From contig CAYTGV010000002.1 of assembly GCA_964437495.1 (NCBI GenBank), positions 87,582 to 151,581 of the forward strand: a stretch of DNA of 64,000 nt, given 5' to 3'. The position numbers and the translations under genes were made by a program. Under the pieces are notes generated by a model, which searched no databases, was not told the origin of the DNA, and saw only the letters and a list, made by a program, of their open reading frames with translations. This document shows, in pieces, positions 50,622 through 61,529 of the stretch (position 1 is its first letter; each line of letters starts with the position of its first letter). The DNA is from an uncultured Planctomycetia bacterium (GTDB taxonomy: Bacteria > Omnitrophota > Gorgyraeia > B26-G9).

Positions 50622-51890
50622 CTAACTTGATTTTATTTTTTTAAAAACCTTAGCTGGAATGCCAACCACTACAGTATTGGCAGGAATATTCTTATTCTTT
50701 GTAACTACGGCCCCAGCCCCTGTGACCGCATTTTTGCCCATTTTAACTGGAGCAACTAAAATAGTACCTGAGCCGATAAAAGCCCCATCTTGAATAATTG
50801 TTTTATTTTTATTTTTTCCATCGTAATTAGCCACAATAGTTCCCGCACCAACATTTACCGCCTTACCGATCTTAGTATCTCCGATATAGCTTTGATGCTT
50901 TATGCGTGAATTCTCCCCTGCCTCAGAACGGTTAAATTCAACAAAGTTGCCCACAATAGCTCCATTGGCAATCTTCGATTCAGAACGAATGCGAGCAAAT
51001 GGTCCGATAGAACAATTCTCTCCGATTATCACATTTCCCTCAATAACTGTACAGGGATAGATTATTGTATCCCGGCCGATGGTCACTTTTTCATCAATAT
51101 AAGTAGTTTTAGGATCAAGAACCGTTACGCCTGAAGCAATAATTTTATCAAGTATTCTCATCCTGAATATCTCATAAGCCTCGGCTAAACTAAACCGGGA
51201 ATTAACTCCAAGTATTTCATTATAATTTTGTGTTTCTATAGCATTAACTGTTTGATTATCCTTATGTAAAACCTGGACAACATCAGTCAGATAATATTCC
51301 TTTTTTCTATTATTAGGTCTGATTTTTTCAATTGCTTTTAAAAGCTTATCCACCTTAAAAACATAAACGCCGACATTGATTTCCTCTATAGCACGCTCAT
51401 ATACACTTGCTTCCTGCTCTTCGACAATTTTAACAACCTTGCCTCCGTCACTGCGCACAATCCTGCCATAGCCGGAAGGATCTTTTGTATTTACGCTCAA
51501 TAATGTCCCGGTTACATCCTCGCTGTAATGCTTCTTAATAAGATCCTTAATAGTTGAGGCCTGAATAAGCGGCGTATCCCCGTAAATGATCAGCAATTTA
51601 GAGTTTTTTTCCTTTAAAGCTTTTTCATTTCTTATTTGCCAAACAGCATCTGCTGTACCCAAAAGTTTCTTTTGCTGTACACATTTAGCAGTATTGCCTA
51701 CATATTTCTCTACCATTTGAGATTTAAAACCGGTAATAATAAAAATATCCTTGATACCCGCAGCCTGAACATTATCAATCACATGCCCAAGCATCGGCTT
51801 TGATCCAAGCCGATGCAATATCTTGGGAACATTGGAATTCATGCGGGTTCCTTCACCAGCAGCCAGAATAACAGCACTTATATTTTTCAT
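50622..51890 (-). CDS. glmU: Bifunctional GlmU (compact, 422 aa)
   Basis: LAAGEGTRM, QKKLLGTA, YGDTP, EYYLTD, HQSYIGD, NYDG. Confidence 0.9.
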   Translation of the reverse strand: MKNISAVILAAGEGTRMNSNVPKILHRLGSKPMLGHVIDNVQAAGIKDIFIITGFKSQMVEKYVGNTAKCVQQKKLLGTADAVWQIRNEKALKEKNSKLLIIYGDTPLIQASTIKDLIKKHYSEDVTGTLLSVNTKDPSGYGRIVRSDGGKVVKIVEEQEASVYERAIEEINVGVYVFKVDKLLKAIEKIRPNNRKKEYYLTDVVQVLHKDNQTVNAIETQNYNEILGVNSRFSLAEAYEIFRMRILDKIIASGVTVLDPKTTYIDEKVTIGRDTIIYPCTVIEGNVIIGENCSIGPFARIRSESKIANGAIVGNFVEFNRSEAGENSRIKHQSYIGDTKIGKAVNVGAGTIVANYDGKNKNKTIIQDGAFIGSGTILVAPVKMGKNAVTGAGAVVTKNKNIPANTVVVGIPAKVFKKIKSS

Positions 51891-52059
51891 AATTTCACCA
51901 TTACAATAATTGAATTATAAAGTTAATAGTATTGACTTAAAATTTATTATCTTCTCTCGAAAAAGGAACAACTGCACTAGTAAGAAAAACCTGCCTTATT
52001 TTTTTCGCTATTTTCTTATCTTTATCTAAAGTAAAACCCATGCCTTAAACCGAAATTTG

Positions 52060-52134
52060 TGGCTGCCCGGCCAGGACTCGAACCTGGAAAACGAGATCCA
52101 AAACCTCGGGTGTTGCCGATTACACTACCGGGCA
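52060..52134 (-). tRNA. tRNA-Gln(TTG)
   Basis: TGCCCGGTAGTGTAATCGGCAACAC-CCGAGG TT TTG GA TCTCG-...GGTTCGAGTCC...GCAGCCA. Confidence 0.95.
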
Positions 52135-52144
52135 AAACATATTT

Positions 52145-52606
52145 TTATTCTAAATCAGAAGCAGCGATTGCCCCCTTTCCTTGGAACGAATCCTCTTCTG
52201 CTTTTTCATTAACATTGTATTGAGAGACTTTTTCCGCCTCATCTTCATATGCCTCAATAACCTTTTTTTGGATATACTCTCTGCAATCCGGCGTAATGGG
52301 ATGAGCTATATCCTTGTGTTCAGTCTGGCGAGCTTCCTCAGGTGTAGCTAATGGTTTAGATAGCTGTTCAACCATAGTTCCGCATTGATTGCAAAATTTA
52401 CTACGCACCACGTTACGATGTCCGCATCCGGAGCATGTAATCTTCATTTTGGATGAAGGCATGGCAACAAATAAACCTTTACTTCCTTCGATAACTTTTA
52501 TATCTCTAACAACAAAACAATTATCGAAAGTTATAGTTACATATGCTTTTAACTTTTTATTGCTATCTTTATTACGCAAAAATACCCTTACCTCTGAAAT
52601 TTCCAT
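52145..52606 (-). CDS. spoVG: SpoVG with inserted C4 zinc ribbon
   Basis: [30 protein letters not shown]...CNQC insert, DIAHPI. Confidence 0.9.
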   Translation of the reverse strand: MEISEVRVFLRNKDSNKKLKAYVTITFDNCFVVRDIKVIEGSKGLFVAMPSSKMKITCSGCGHRNVVRSKFCNQCGTMVEQLSKPLATPEEARQTEHKDIAHPITPDCREYIQKKVIEAYEDEAEKVSQYNVNEKAEEDSFQGKGAIAASDLE

Positions 52607-52641
52607 CTTCGAATCACTACTCCTTTCCAAGATGTTTGCGG

Positions 52642-53490
52642 TTATAAACTTTTCACAACCATTACTTCGCAAATGCCCTGAAGTCCACTCTTGATGGCTA
52701 TAGCCTCCTCTCTTTTTCGTAAAATTCCAAAGATCACTGAACCACTTCCAGACATTAAAACCGCCCTAACGCCAAGGGCGGACACTTTCTGCTTAATATC
52801 AGCCAATAATTTATGTCTCTTAAAAGCAATTGTCTCAAGTCTATTAAATAATGTCTTTCCAATTAACTCTATTTGTGCATTTTTCAATGCATGAATGAGC
52901 AGTTTAACATCAAAGCCCGTCTTTGTCAAGCGTCCAGGTAAAGCCTGAAAAATATCCTTTGTAGAGATAAAAATCCCGGGATTTATAAGTACAATCCAGA
53001 ACTTTTTATCAACTTTTTGAGGCTGCATCCTATCCCCAATCCCTTTTGCCAGAACTACTGTGTCCGGAATCAGGAATAATGGCACATCCGCTCCCAACTT
53101 TCTACCCAAGACGCAAAGTTCCTTTGTGGATAGGCCTAGTTGCCAGATATTATTGAGTGTAAGCAAAGTGATTGCCGCGTCACTTGAGCCGCCGCCTAAT
53201 CCAGCGCCTATTGGGATGTTTTTTTTTAAATGGATCTCAATGCCCTTGTCTTTAGTAAGTCTTTTATGCAAAAGACTGGCTGCCTGATATACTATATTAT
53301 TTTCCAGGTCCTTAGAGAGCAGATAATTCCCGCAGGCTAGCTTTATACCCTTGTCTATTTTTTTAAAAGAAATTCTATCATAAAGCCCAACTTTCATAAA
53401 CAAGGTTATTATATTATAATACCCATCTTTTCTTTTACCATCTACTTCAAGGAATAAATTAATCTTAGCCGGAGCAAGACGCTGTATCAT
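52642..53490 (-). CDS. ispE: 4-diphosphocytidyl-2-C-methyl-D-erythritol kinase
   Basis: [37 protein letters not shown]. Confidence 0.95.
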   Translation of the reverse strand: MIQRLAPAKINLFLEVDGKRKDGYYNIITLFMKVGLYDRISFKKIDKGIKLACGNYLLSKDLENNIVYQAASLLHKRLTKDKGIEIHLKKNIPIGAGLGGGSSDAAITLLTLNNIWQLGLSTKELCVLGRKLGADVPLFLIPDTVVLAKGIGDRMQPQKVDKKFWIVLINPGIFISTKDIFQALPGRLTKTGFDVKLLIHALKNAQIELIGKTLFNRLETIAFKRHKLLADIKQKVSALGVRAVLMSGSGSVIFGILRKREEAIAIKSGLQGICEVMVVKSL

Positions 53491-53502
53491 TAATTTTCAA
53501 CC

Positions 53503-54444
53503 TCATGATTTGCTGTATATTTTTTTTGCAGCCTCAACAATATCAACAGCTAAAAGCTTATACTCTTTTAATAAATCTTTTGAACTTCCTGATTGTCCAA
53601 ACCGGTTATTAACGCCAATTCTCGCCACTCTTATACCTAATCCTTTTCGGGCTAGTACTTCTTCAATAGCACCGCCTAAACCACCTATGACAGAATGTTC
53701 TTCACAGATAACTATTGATTTTACTTTTCCGGCAATCTCATTAATCCTATCTTCATCAATCGGTTTAATAGTATGAATATTGACTACAGAGCACTCAATC
53801 TGGGATTTTGCAAGCTCTTCAGATGCAATCAATGCCTGCTCAGTCATAATCCCACAGGAAAATATAGCAATATCATTTCCCTTTCTCAAAACATTTGCTC
53901 GGCCTACTTCAAACTTTCCCAATCCCTCGATTGAAGCAACCTTTGCTCTGCCAAGACGCACATAGACAGGTCCTTTTATTTTTGCCGCGGCAATTATCGC
54001 ATCCCTTGTCTGCGGGCCATCACAAGGAACAATAACAGTCATATTCGGAATAACCCGCATTAGGGCAATATCCTCTAAAGCCTGATGCGTCGCCCCGTCA
54101 GGGCCGACAGTAATTCCCGCATGCGTAGCTACAAGTTTAACATTCAGATTGCTGTAGCAGACTGAATTCCTTAACTGATCCCAGGCTCTACCAGTAGCAA
54201 ACATTGCAAAGGTTGAAGCAAATACCGTTTTACCGCAGCTGGCAAACCCTGATGAGGTTGATATCATGTTTTGTTCAGCAACACCAAAATTAAAAAATCT
54301 TTCAGGAAATTCACGTTTAAAAAAAGAGGTTCTTGTCGAACCGGATAAATCCGCATCTAGCACCACAATATTTTCATCCTCTTTACCCAACTCTACCAAG
54401 GTTTTACCATACACATCCCTTTGATACATCATCTCCTTACTCAT
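53503..54444 (-). CDS. Transketolase, C-terminal subunit
   Basis: GVAEQNM, THAGITVGPDGATHQ, PVYVRLGR, EEHSVIGGLG. Confidence 0.92.
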   Translation of the reverse strand: MSKEMMYQRDVYGKTLVELGKEDENIVVLDADLSGSTRTSFFKREFPERFFNFGVAEQNMISTSSGFASCGKTVFASTFAMFATGRAWDQLRNSVCYSNLNVKLVATHAGITVGPDGATHQALEDIALMRVIPNMTVIVPCDGPQTRDAIIAAAKIKGPVYVRLGRAKVASIEGLGKFEVGRANVLRKGNDIAIFSCGIMTEQALIASEELAKSQIECSVVNIHTIKPIDEDRINEIAGKVKSIVICEEHSVIGGLGGAIEEVLARKGLGIRVARIGVNNRFGQSGSSKDLLKEYKLLAVDIVEAAKKIYSKS

Positions 54445-55258
54445 CTGATAACTCCTTCATCGCAATAACCGCCTCTTCCTTAGTAGGTGCTCTGCCATGA
54501 AAATCAACCACATTTTCCATAAAAGAAACATCCTTGCCTTTTATTGTTTTCGCAATTATAATTGTCGGTTTATTCTTAATTCCCTTTGCTTTCTCATAAG
54601 CTTTGAGAATTTCACTTATATTATGACCATCAATTTCAATAACCTCCCAACCAAAGGCCTTCCACTTATCTGCTATCGGTTCAAGGCCCATTACATCTTG
54701 AGTCCGACCATCGATTTGAAAACCATTATAATCTAATATCGCACAAAGATTATCGCATTTAAAGTGAGCGCAGGCCATCGCTGCCTCCCAAACGTTACCT
54801 TCTTGAATTTCTCCGTCACCTAAAAGGCAATAGACCCGATAATCCTTCTTGTCCATTCTCCCTGCCAGTGCCATGCCCATTGCCACAGAAAGCCCCTGCC
54901 CCAGTGAACCGCTAGCCACATCAATGCCTGGAATTTTAGGATCAGGATGCCCCTGCAATAAGGCGCCAAAAGAACGCAATGAATCAAGTTCCTTTTTGGG
55001 AAAATATCCAAAATCAGCAAGAAGAGCATACCAGATAGGACAACAGTGTCCTTTTGACATATGGAATCGATCCCTCTGTGTCCACTCAGGGTCCTTAGGA
55101 TTATGACGCAGCACATTGAAAAACAGGCATGTCAAGAGATCTGTTGATGACAATGATCCCCCCGGGTGTCCAGAGCCGGCAATTTCAATCATCCTAATTA
55201 CATCTCTTCTCATCTGAGAAGCTTTTTTAGCTAATTGTTTTTCATTCACCTTATTCAC
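54437..55258 (-). CDS. Transketolase, N-terminal subunit
   Basis: SGHPGGSLS, SKGH, GSLGQG, GDGEIQEG, TIKGK. Confidence 0.92.
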   Translation of the reverse strand: MNKVNEKQLAKKASQMRRDVIRMIEIAGSGHPGGSLSSTDLLTCLFFNVLRHNPKDPEWTQRDRFHMSKGHCCPIWYALLADFGYFPKKELDSLRSFGALLQGHPDPKIPGIDVASGSLGQGLSVAMGMALAGRMDKKDYRVYCLLGDGEIQEGNVWEAAMACAHFKCDNLCAILDYNGFQIDGRTQDVMGLEPIADKWKAFGWEVIEIDGHNISEILKAYEKAKGIKNKPTIIIAKTIKGKDVSFMENVVDFHGRAPTKEEAVIAMKELSDE

Positions 55259-55283
55259 TCCTTTGATTCTTCTCTATTACATC

Positions 55284-56135
55284 TCAATTAAAAACAGGCA
55301 GTGTCAACAATCCTTCAATATCTACCTTACGATAATCTTGTCTGTCATTTTTTGTAATCAAAACAAAATTCCGCAACAATTCATTTCTTATGATTATCTC
55401 TTGCCAATCCTCGAATTTATATTCACTCAGCACCTCATCAGCTATTTTTGCGATTATAGGCAGATATACTTTTTTAAATCGTGTATTATCCGCTGAAATG
55501 ACTGAGAATAAAAACCGCTGAGTCTCGGGATCAAATTCCGAATTTATTTTTATTTTATGAACTACTGTTGAAGCAAAAAGTTTATTTAGCCTCTGTCCGA
55601 TCTGTTCCGCTAAAAAATCAGGCAGAGTCATCTCTTGGACATCAAAATCAAACAATGAACTTTTAAGCAGCTTTGGATCAAAATTTATCTGCCAAAGAAT
55701 TCTCTTGCCATAATCTTCCCTTTTTATCCAGCCATGCATAAATTTATAAACATCATCCATATATCTTACAAGGAAAACCTCTGCTGCGGTAGTCTTGATA
55801 TCAGCTGCAATTATTATATAAAAATCCACTTCGGCATCTGTGCTGAATATCGCCCGCGAAGTCGTTAAGATCACGTCTTCTATTTTTTCAATCGCCTCAG
55901 GCAATATATCAAGTTTAAGGTCAAAAAGCTTGTCTAACGGAATAAATACAATTATGGTTTTACCGACAAGTTTTGCCTGTATTTCAACATCATACTCTTT
56001 TTTGCAAACCTCTACAAGTGTCTGGGCAAGCTTTTCTTTAGGATAAGATGGAGCACATCCGCCGCAGATAAAACTTACAAGGATACAAATTAAAAATAAA
56101 TTACGCACCAAAAGGTGCTGCCGGCTTTTTACCAT
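55284..56135 (-). CDS. Hypothetical lipoprotein
   Basis: Hydrophobic signal ending ICGG/CAPSY; overlaps the 3' end of the ftsH-like gene. Confidence 0.65.
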   Translation of the reverse strand: MVKSRQHLLVRNLFLICILVSFICGGCAPSYPKEKLAQTLVEVCKKEYDVEIQAKLVGKTIIVFIPLDKLFDLKLDILPEAIEKIEDVILTTSRAIFSTDAEVDFYIIIAADIKTTAAEVFLVRYMDDVYKFMHGWIKREDYGKRILWQINFDPKLLKSSLFDFDVQEMTLPDFLAEQIGQRLNKLFASTVVHKIKINSEFDPETQRFLFSVISADNTRFKKVYLPIIAKIADEVLSEYKFEDWQEIIIRNELLRNFVLITKNDRQDYRKVDIEGLLTLPVFN

Positions 56136-57720
56136 ATTCTTTGAATATTGCTTCAATATCATCATACTCTAATTCTTCTTTTTCAACTAACTCTTTAGCA
56201 AATCGATCCAATATTGCCCGTTCCTTCTTTAAAAGATTTTCAACCTCTTTAAGACACTTCTCAAGTATCTGATTTGACTCTTCATTTAAGCTCTGTTTTA
56301 TTGAATCTGAAAGCTGTTCAGCCGGAATCACCGTATAATCTCCAACATGTCCGGATACCCCCATGCCCAGACTCCAGACCATTACATGTGCCAGCTGCAT
56401 TGCTTTCTTAAAATCAGAAGAAACACCGCTTGTGGAAGTATTATACTTTATCCGCTCAGCAGCATAACCGGCCAAACTTGTCTTAATATCCGCCAAAAGA
56501 GCTTCTATACTCTTACCAATCCATTCATCTCTAGGTTGTGAGTGAACAACACCTAAAGAGCCGCGTCTTGGTATAATTGAGGCTTTAAAAACATCATTGT
56601 AAGGATGCAAAAAAAATGTAACAATAAGATGTCCTGCCTCGTGATAAGCGGTCATTTCTCTCTCAAGCGGAAGCATTTTCATGCGATGCTTCAACCCTAG
56701 ATCAATACGCTCCATTGCTTCACTTAGTTCTTTATGGGAAATATGGTCTTTTTTATATCGAGCTGCTAATAATGCTGATTCTCTTACAATATTTTCAATA
56801 TCCGCCGGGGTTTTACCTATTGCTTTACGGGCAAGTATCCCTACATCTATATTTGGATCACTCTTAACCTTTTTCAGATAATAGATAAAAATCTGTGCTC
56901 TCTGTTCGACATCAGGCAGATTGAAATAAATCTTACGGTCAAAACGCCCTGGACGCATCAATGCCGGATCAAGATTGCCCTCATCAGCATTCGTTGCGCC
57001 GATAATAACAACATTAGCACTGCCGGTTACACCGTCAAGCTCAACCAAAAGCTGGTTAAGCGTATTATTCGTCTCCTGTCCTCCGCCCATGCTAAAAGAA
57101 CGTACACGTCCTACAGCATCGATTTCATCAATGAAAATAATACAGCCGCCATTTGAATAAGCCATCCTTCTGGCATTTTTAAATAGCTTTCTTACCCTGC
57201 TAGCTCCGACACCTACAAACATCTCCACAAACTCAGAACCGGATATACTTAAAAAAGGAACACCGGTTTCTGAAGCGATTGCTTTAGCCAAATATGTTTT
57301 CCCGCAGCCCGGAGGTCCGACCATAAGAATTCCCTTAATAAACTGAGCTCCGATATTCTTAAGTCGAGATCTATCTAAAAGCAATTGTGTTACTTCCCGC
57401 GCTTCTTCTACCGCCTGGTCAATTCCAATAACATCAGAAAACTTAACATCTACTTTAGTAGGATCCACCTTAGACTGCTTCATTTTACCCATATAGCCGA
57501 ACATTACGGAAACATAGATAAATGCGGTAATACAACCGCTGACAAGCATAACCAGTATCCACAAAGGCATATTGGCCAAGGCAGTTATTCTTGCATAAGA
57601 TTCCAACTGTGACATGCCGATAGTTGACAGAACAATAAGTAAAATCGCAACAAATACAGCGACAACTATTACCCAATGATCTTCAAAAAAAATTTTGAAT
57701 TTTCTACCCCATGAAATCAT
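56101..57720 (-). CDS. FtsH-like AAA+ zinc metalloprotease with almost no periplasmic domain
   Basis: Two close TMs; [39 protein letters not shown]. Confidence 0.9.
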   Translation of the reverse strand: MISWGRKFKIFFEDHWVIVVAVFVAILLIVLSTIGMSQLESYARITALANMPLWILVMLVSGCITAFIYVSVMFGYMGKMKQSKVDPTKVDVKFSDVIGIDQAVEEAREVTQLLLDRSRLKNIGAQFIKGILMVGPPGCGKTYLAKAIASETGVPFLSISGSEFVEMFVGVGASRVRKLFKNARRMAYSNGGCIIFIDEIDAVGRVRSFSMGGGQETNNTLNQLLVELDGVTGSANVVIIGATNADEGNLDPALMRPGRFDRKIYFNLPDVEQRAQIFIYYLKKVKSDPNIDVGILARKAIGKTPADIENIVRESALLAARYKKDHISHKELSEAMERIDLGLKHRMKMLPLEREMTAYHEAGHLIVTFFLHPYNDVFKASIIPRRGSLGVVHSQPRDEWIGKSIEALLADIKTSLAGYAAERIKYNTSTSGVSSDFKKAMQLAHVMVWSLGMGVSGHVGDYTVIPAEQLSDSIKQSLNEESNQILEKCLKEVENLLKKERAILDRFAKELVEKEELEYDDIEAIFKEYGKKPAAPFGA

Positions 57721-57739
57721 AGATCCTCCTTTTTATGCC

Positions 57740-59305
57740 TTATTTATTGGTATTGCTTATTGAATCCTTGCCCATATTAAGGGCATCCAATTTTTCCTGA
57801 ACTGAAATCTGCCCAGAATCGATTTGCAGGGATTTCTTCCAATGTTTGCGTGCCTTATTTTCTAATCCTTTTTTCAAATATGTATCACCCAGATGCTCAT
57901 GGATAACCGGATCTGTATCCAGAATTGCCACCGCCTTTTTTAAAAAGATCAAAGCTTCTTCAAACTTACCCTGCTTAAAATATACCCAGCCCAAAGAATC
58001 CAGATATGCCCCATTATTCGGTTCTACCTGAAGCGCTCTTTTTATTAAATCCGCTGCCTGTTCAAGGTTTACTCCTTCTTCTGCATATATATATCCCAAA
58101 TAATTGCACGCATCCGCATTCTTCGGATTAATCTCAAGGGTCTTCACGAATTTAGACTTTGCAAGTTCTACTTTTCCTTGTTTTTCATACATAGCTCCCA
58201 GATAAAAGTAAACCAAATCATCTTTTGGCGTCAGCTCTATAGTTTTATTATAATACTCCTTTGCTTTTTCAAAATCATCTTTCAATCCATAAGCCAGGCC
58301 CATTAATAGAAACAGACGCGATTTATTCTTTAACAGCGGTTCTACTCTGACTAAAATTTCTATAGCGTCTTCATGTTTATTCTGTTTTAAATAGATATGG
58401 GCCATCTCAAAATAAGTATCAATAACACGCGGATTTATCACCAAAACCTTTTTATACTGAACAAGTGCCTTATCAAACAAATCCCGAGACACATACATCT
58501 GGCCCAAACGAAAGTAAGCTACTGCACTTTTAGGTTTAAGCTCAATTGCTTTTTCATATGCCTGTTGCGATTTTTCAACTTCATTTTTCAATTCATATAC
58601 TAACCCCAAACCCAAATAAGCCTCTAAATACTTCGGTTCAAGTTCAATTGTTTTACTGAGGTTTTGCATAGCTTTTTCATATTCATTGCCCTGGGTATAA
58701 AGCATTCCTAAATTAAAATAGACATAAGGCAAAGGAATATCCTTAGCTGCAAGATCTTCATAAATAACAATAGCTTTATCATTTTTCTGCTCAATTACAT
58801 ACAGATCAGCTATGCTAAGCTTAGCCTGCGCATTCTCAGGTTCGAGTCTGATCACCTCTTTATATAAAACCTCTGCTTCAGAAAAATGACCAAGCGCAGT
58901 ATAAATAACCCCTAAAAGAAGCCTTACTCTTACATTCTCCGGTTCAATTTCAAAGGCCTTTTTTAGCTGCTCAATTGAGTTATTAAAATCGCCTTTTTTA
59001 AAATAAGCTGTCCCCAGTTTAATGTGAATTGTAGGAGAATCCGTATCGTAATTAGCAGCGCGGTTGTATTCATTAATCGCCAAGGCAACCCTATTTTGCT
59101 TTTCATATAAAAGCCCACGCAAATAATGTGCGTAGGCTTTTGAAATCAGGTTTCTTGCCAGAATATCCCTTTTCGGTTGTTTGCTATCTATATTTATAAT
59201 GCTCTTCTTAAAAGCTGCTCTTTTACCAGCGCACCCATTAACAGCAACAGATAATAATATTATTACTACTACCAGCTTAAAGGAATATCCCGCATTATAT
59301 TTCAT
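57740..59305 (-). CDS. TPR-repeat lipoprotein (LbcA/PA4667-like)
   Basis: Lipobox VNG/C; many TPRs; NYLGY, YLDSLGWVYFKQG, DPVIHEHLGD. Confidence 0.85.
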   Translation of the reverse strand: MKYNAGYSFKLVVVIILLSVAVNGCAGKRAAFKKSIINIDSKQPKRDILARNLISKAYAHYLRGLLYEKQNRVALAINEYNRAANYDTDSPTIHIKLGTAYFKKGDFNNSIEQLKKAFEIEPENVRVRLLLGVIYTALGHFSEAEVLYKEVIRLEPENAQAKLSIADLYVIEQKNDKAIVIYEDLAAKDIPLPYVYFNLGMLYTQGNEYEKAMQNLSKTIELEPKYLEAYLGLGLVYELKNEVEKSQQAYEKAIELKPKSAVAYFRLGQMYVSRDLFDKALVQYKKVLVINPRVIDTYFEMAHIYLKQNKHEDAIEILVRVEPLLKNKSRLFLLMGLAYGLKDDFEKAKEYYNKTIELTPKDDLVYFYLGAMYEKQGKVELAKSKFVKTLEINPKNADACNYLGYIYAEEGVNLEQAADLIKRALQVEPNNGAYLDSLGWVYFKQGKFEEALIFLKKAVAILDTDPVIHEHLGDTYLKKGLENKARKHWKKSLQIDSGQISVQEKLDALNMGKDSISNTNK

Positions 59306-59320
59306 TAAAGTTACTGCCTT

Positions 59321-59416
59321 TTATGAGTTTTTCTTTTTATGTCTGTCTCTGCGTAATCTTTTTTTTCTCTTGTGAGTTGATATTTTTTTTCGTTTTCTCT
59401 TTTTACCACACGGCAT
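59321..59416 (-). CDS. 31-aa basic protein, AURKAIP1/COX24 (bS22/mS38-like) small ribosomal protein family
   Basis: GGAGGAGG RBS; MPCGKKRKRKKISTHKRKKRLRRDRHKKKNS*; too short for the ORF track. Confidence 0.88.
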   Translation of the reverse strand: MPCGKKRKRKKISTHKRKKRLRRDRHKKKNS

Positions 59417-59471
59417 ACAAATTCCTCCTCCAAATCAAAACTGATCAGTTATCTTTAAATGTTTTAAGCTT

Positions 59472-59541
59472 TTTACTTTTTACTTCTAACTTTTTACTTT
59501 TTACTTTTCACTTATTACTTATTACTTATTACTTATTACTT
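59472..59541. repeat. Heptamer tandem repeat, 10 units of (T/A)TTACTT
   Basis: tttactt x2, ctaactt, tttactt x2, ttcactt, attactt x4. Confidence 0.85.
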
Positions 59542-59546
59542 CTCTA

Positions 59547-60422
59547 TCAAGATATTACTTTTGTTAAGTTATATTCAATGATCGCCTCTGCCCCGGCCTT
59601 TTTTAATTTCAAGATTAATTCTCTTACGATTTTTTCCTGCGCAATAATTTCCAGAGCATACCAGCCCTTTCTGCTAAGATGAGACACTGTGGGATTCTTC
59701 ATAGCCGGGACCAATGCCAGAATTTTTTCTATATTCTTTTCCTGCACATTGAACTTTAGTCCAACTGTACCCTCAGCCGCGATCGCCCCTTTAAGCAGCA
59801 GCGCGATATTACTAATCTTATCTTTTTTCCACTTATTCAACCAAGCAGATTTATTAGCAATAAGCTGCGTTGTAGACTCACAAATTGTATCGATGATTTT
59901 CAAATTATTAGCTCTCAGGCTTGAACCAGTTTCCGTAAGCTCAACAATTGCATCAACAAGCTCCGGGACTTTCGCCTCTGTAGCTCCCCAGCTAAACTCT
60001 ACATCAGCCTTTACTTTGTTTTTCTTTAAGTATTTTCTTGTTACTTTTACAAGCTCTGTAGCAATACGCTTACCTTTTAAGCCCTTTACCGAACTGATGT
60101 TTGAAGCCTTCGGAACAGCAAGCACCCAACGCACAGGTGTAAGACTTTGCTTTGCATACACCATATCAGTAACGGTAATAACCTTAGCATTATTCTCCAA
60201 TATCCAATCTTTCCCGGTAATCCCGCAATCCAATACTCCATTTTCTACATAACGCGGCAATTCCTGAGCCCTTAAAAGAACTGCTTCGATTTGGGCATCA
60301 TCTACTGTTGGAAAATACGATCGGCTAGAAACAGCTATGGAAAATCCCGCCTTTTTCAGCATTCTTAATGTAGATTCCTGCAAACTACCTTTGGGTAAAC
60401 CAATCTTTATCTTTCTTTCCAT
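59547..60422 (-). CDS. hisG: ATP phosphoribosyltransferase (long form)
   Basis: [33 protein letters not shown]-terminal regulatory domain. Confidence 0.95.
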   Translation of the reverse strand: MERKIKIGLPKGSLQESTLRMLKKAGFSIAVSSRSYFPTVDDAQIEAVLLRAQELPRYVENGVLDCGITGKDWILENNAKVITVTDMVYAKQSLTPVRWVLAVPKASNISSVKGLKGKRIATELVKVTRKYLKKNKVKADVEFSWGATEAKVPELVDAIVELTETGSSLRANNLKIIDTICESTTQLIANKSAWLNKWKKDKISNIALLLKGAIAAEGTVGLKFNVQEKNIEKILALVPAMKNPTVSHLSRKGWYALEIIAQEKIVRELILKLKKAGAEAIIEYNLTKVIS

Positions 60423-60470
60423 GATCCTCACCATTTTTAATTCCATTATAAATAAAAAAATATCTTCTTT

Positions 60471-60499
60471 ATTCTATATGCTTATTCACTAAATGTCAA
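60471..60499 (-). promoter_or_regulatory. sigma70-type promoter for hisG
   Basis: TTGACA-N17-TAGAAT. Confidence 0.6.
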
Positions 60500-60578
60500 T
60501 ATAAACACAATTTAGTTGTTTATTTATTAATATTAGAATAATTATAAGAAGGGTTTTGCTGGGGCTTATTTACCCGAT

Positions 60579-61484
60579 CTAGACATCCCAGGCTTTATGT
60601 ATCCAATTTACCCACTGACCTGGATATTTGCGAATATAACTTTCAATAACAGCATTTACCTTTTGCAGATTCTCCCTGATTAATTCGCTGCTATCATTAT
60701 CCCTTTTTAATTCAATCTCCGGTTCGATCTTAATAATATGTTTAAATTCACTAATTCTCACTATAAACATAGGCACAATAGCCGCTTGCGTACTCATGGC
60801 CAATTTAACAGGTACGCTGGTAACCATGGCCAGCTGATTAAAAAATTTAATCTCTACCCCTTCTGTCCCAAAATTTTGATCAAGTTCAATTATCAAAATT
60901 TCATCGCTATCCAATGTTTTTATACATCGACGCATACAAGTATGCATCGGACGGCTGAAAATTACTTTTTGACCTACTTTGCGGGAAAGGCTCAAGAATT
61001 CACGCTCAACACCCTTATTACGCGCATGCCTGGCCACAAAAGAAGTCTTATACCCCCGGGCAGCCAATCCAAAACCCATTGCCGTGAAACTTCCCAAATG
61101 AGCACTAGCCGCAATAACCCCTTTGCCTTTTTTAAGCGCTTTTTGGAGATTTTCAATCCCCTCGAGCTTTATGGTCTTTTTTGTTTTTTCTACAGAAAAA
61201 TTACTAAAACGCAGAGTATCAAGAATAATATGGCCCATTGTTTGAAAGCTATCTCGTGCAATAATTATCCTTTGTTTTCGCGGTATTTTATTTCCCAATG
61301 CCTTTTCAATATTGTTCAAAGCTATCTGTCTGTTCTTATGGGCAAGTTCATAATATAAAAAACTTAAAGCCTTACCCCAAACATACAAAATTCTCCTCGG
61401 TAAGATACGGACAATAAGCAATAAGACCTTTAACCCAAAAACAGTGAACCAGGATATAAATTTTCGCCTCATCTTTTTCTTCAT
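60579..61484 (-). CDS. Lipid A late acyltransferase (LpxL/HtrB family)
   Basis: GKGVIAASAHLGSF, DQ, FFN, IRKYPGQW..HKAW. Confidence 0.82.
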   Translation of the reverse strand: MKKKMRRKFISWFTVFGLKVLLLIVRILPRRILYVWGKALSFLYYELAHKNRQIALNNIEKALGNKIPRKQRIIIARDSFQTMGHIILDTLRFSNFSVEKTKKTIKLEGIENLQKALKKGKGVIAASAHLGSFTAMGFGLAARGYKTSFVARHARNKGVEREFLSLSRKVGQKVIFSRPMHTCMRRCIKTLDSDEILIIELDQNFGTEGVEIKFFNQLAMVTSVPVKLAMSTQAAIVPMFIVRISEFKHIIKIEPEIELKRDNDSSELIRENLQKVNAVIESYIRKYPGQWVNWIHKAWDV

Positions 61485-61529
61485 GGCAATATAGCTTACT
61501 ATAAATATATATTAACGTCAACATATACT

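Noticed and set aside
53503-55258. Split transketolase as a frameshifted gene
   Set aside because: Two-subunit transketolases are common; the second gene has its own start and AGGAG RBS.
59472-59541. Repeat tract as a CRISPR array
   Set aside because: 7-bp units with no spacers; no cas genes in the window.
59323-59682. 119-aa hydrophobic plus-strand ORF
   Set aside because: Artefact of the heptamer repeat; antisense to hisG and the 31-aa gene.
60738-61358. 206-aa plus-strand ORF
   Set aside because: Fully antisense to the LpxL-family gene, with no recognisable motif.
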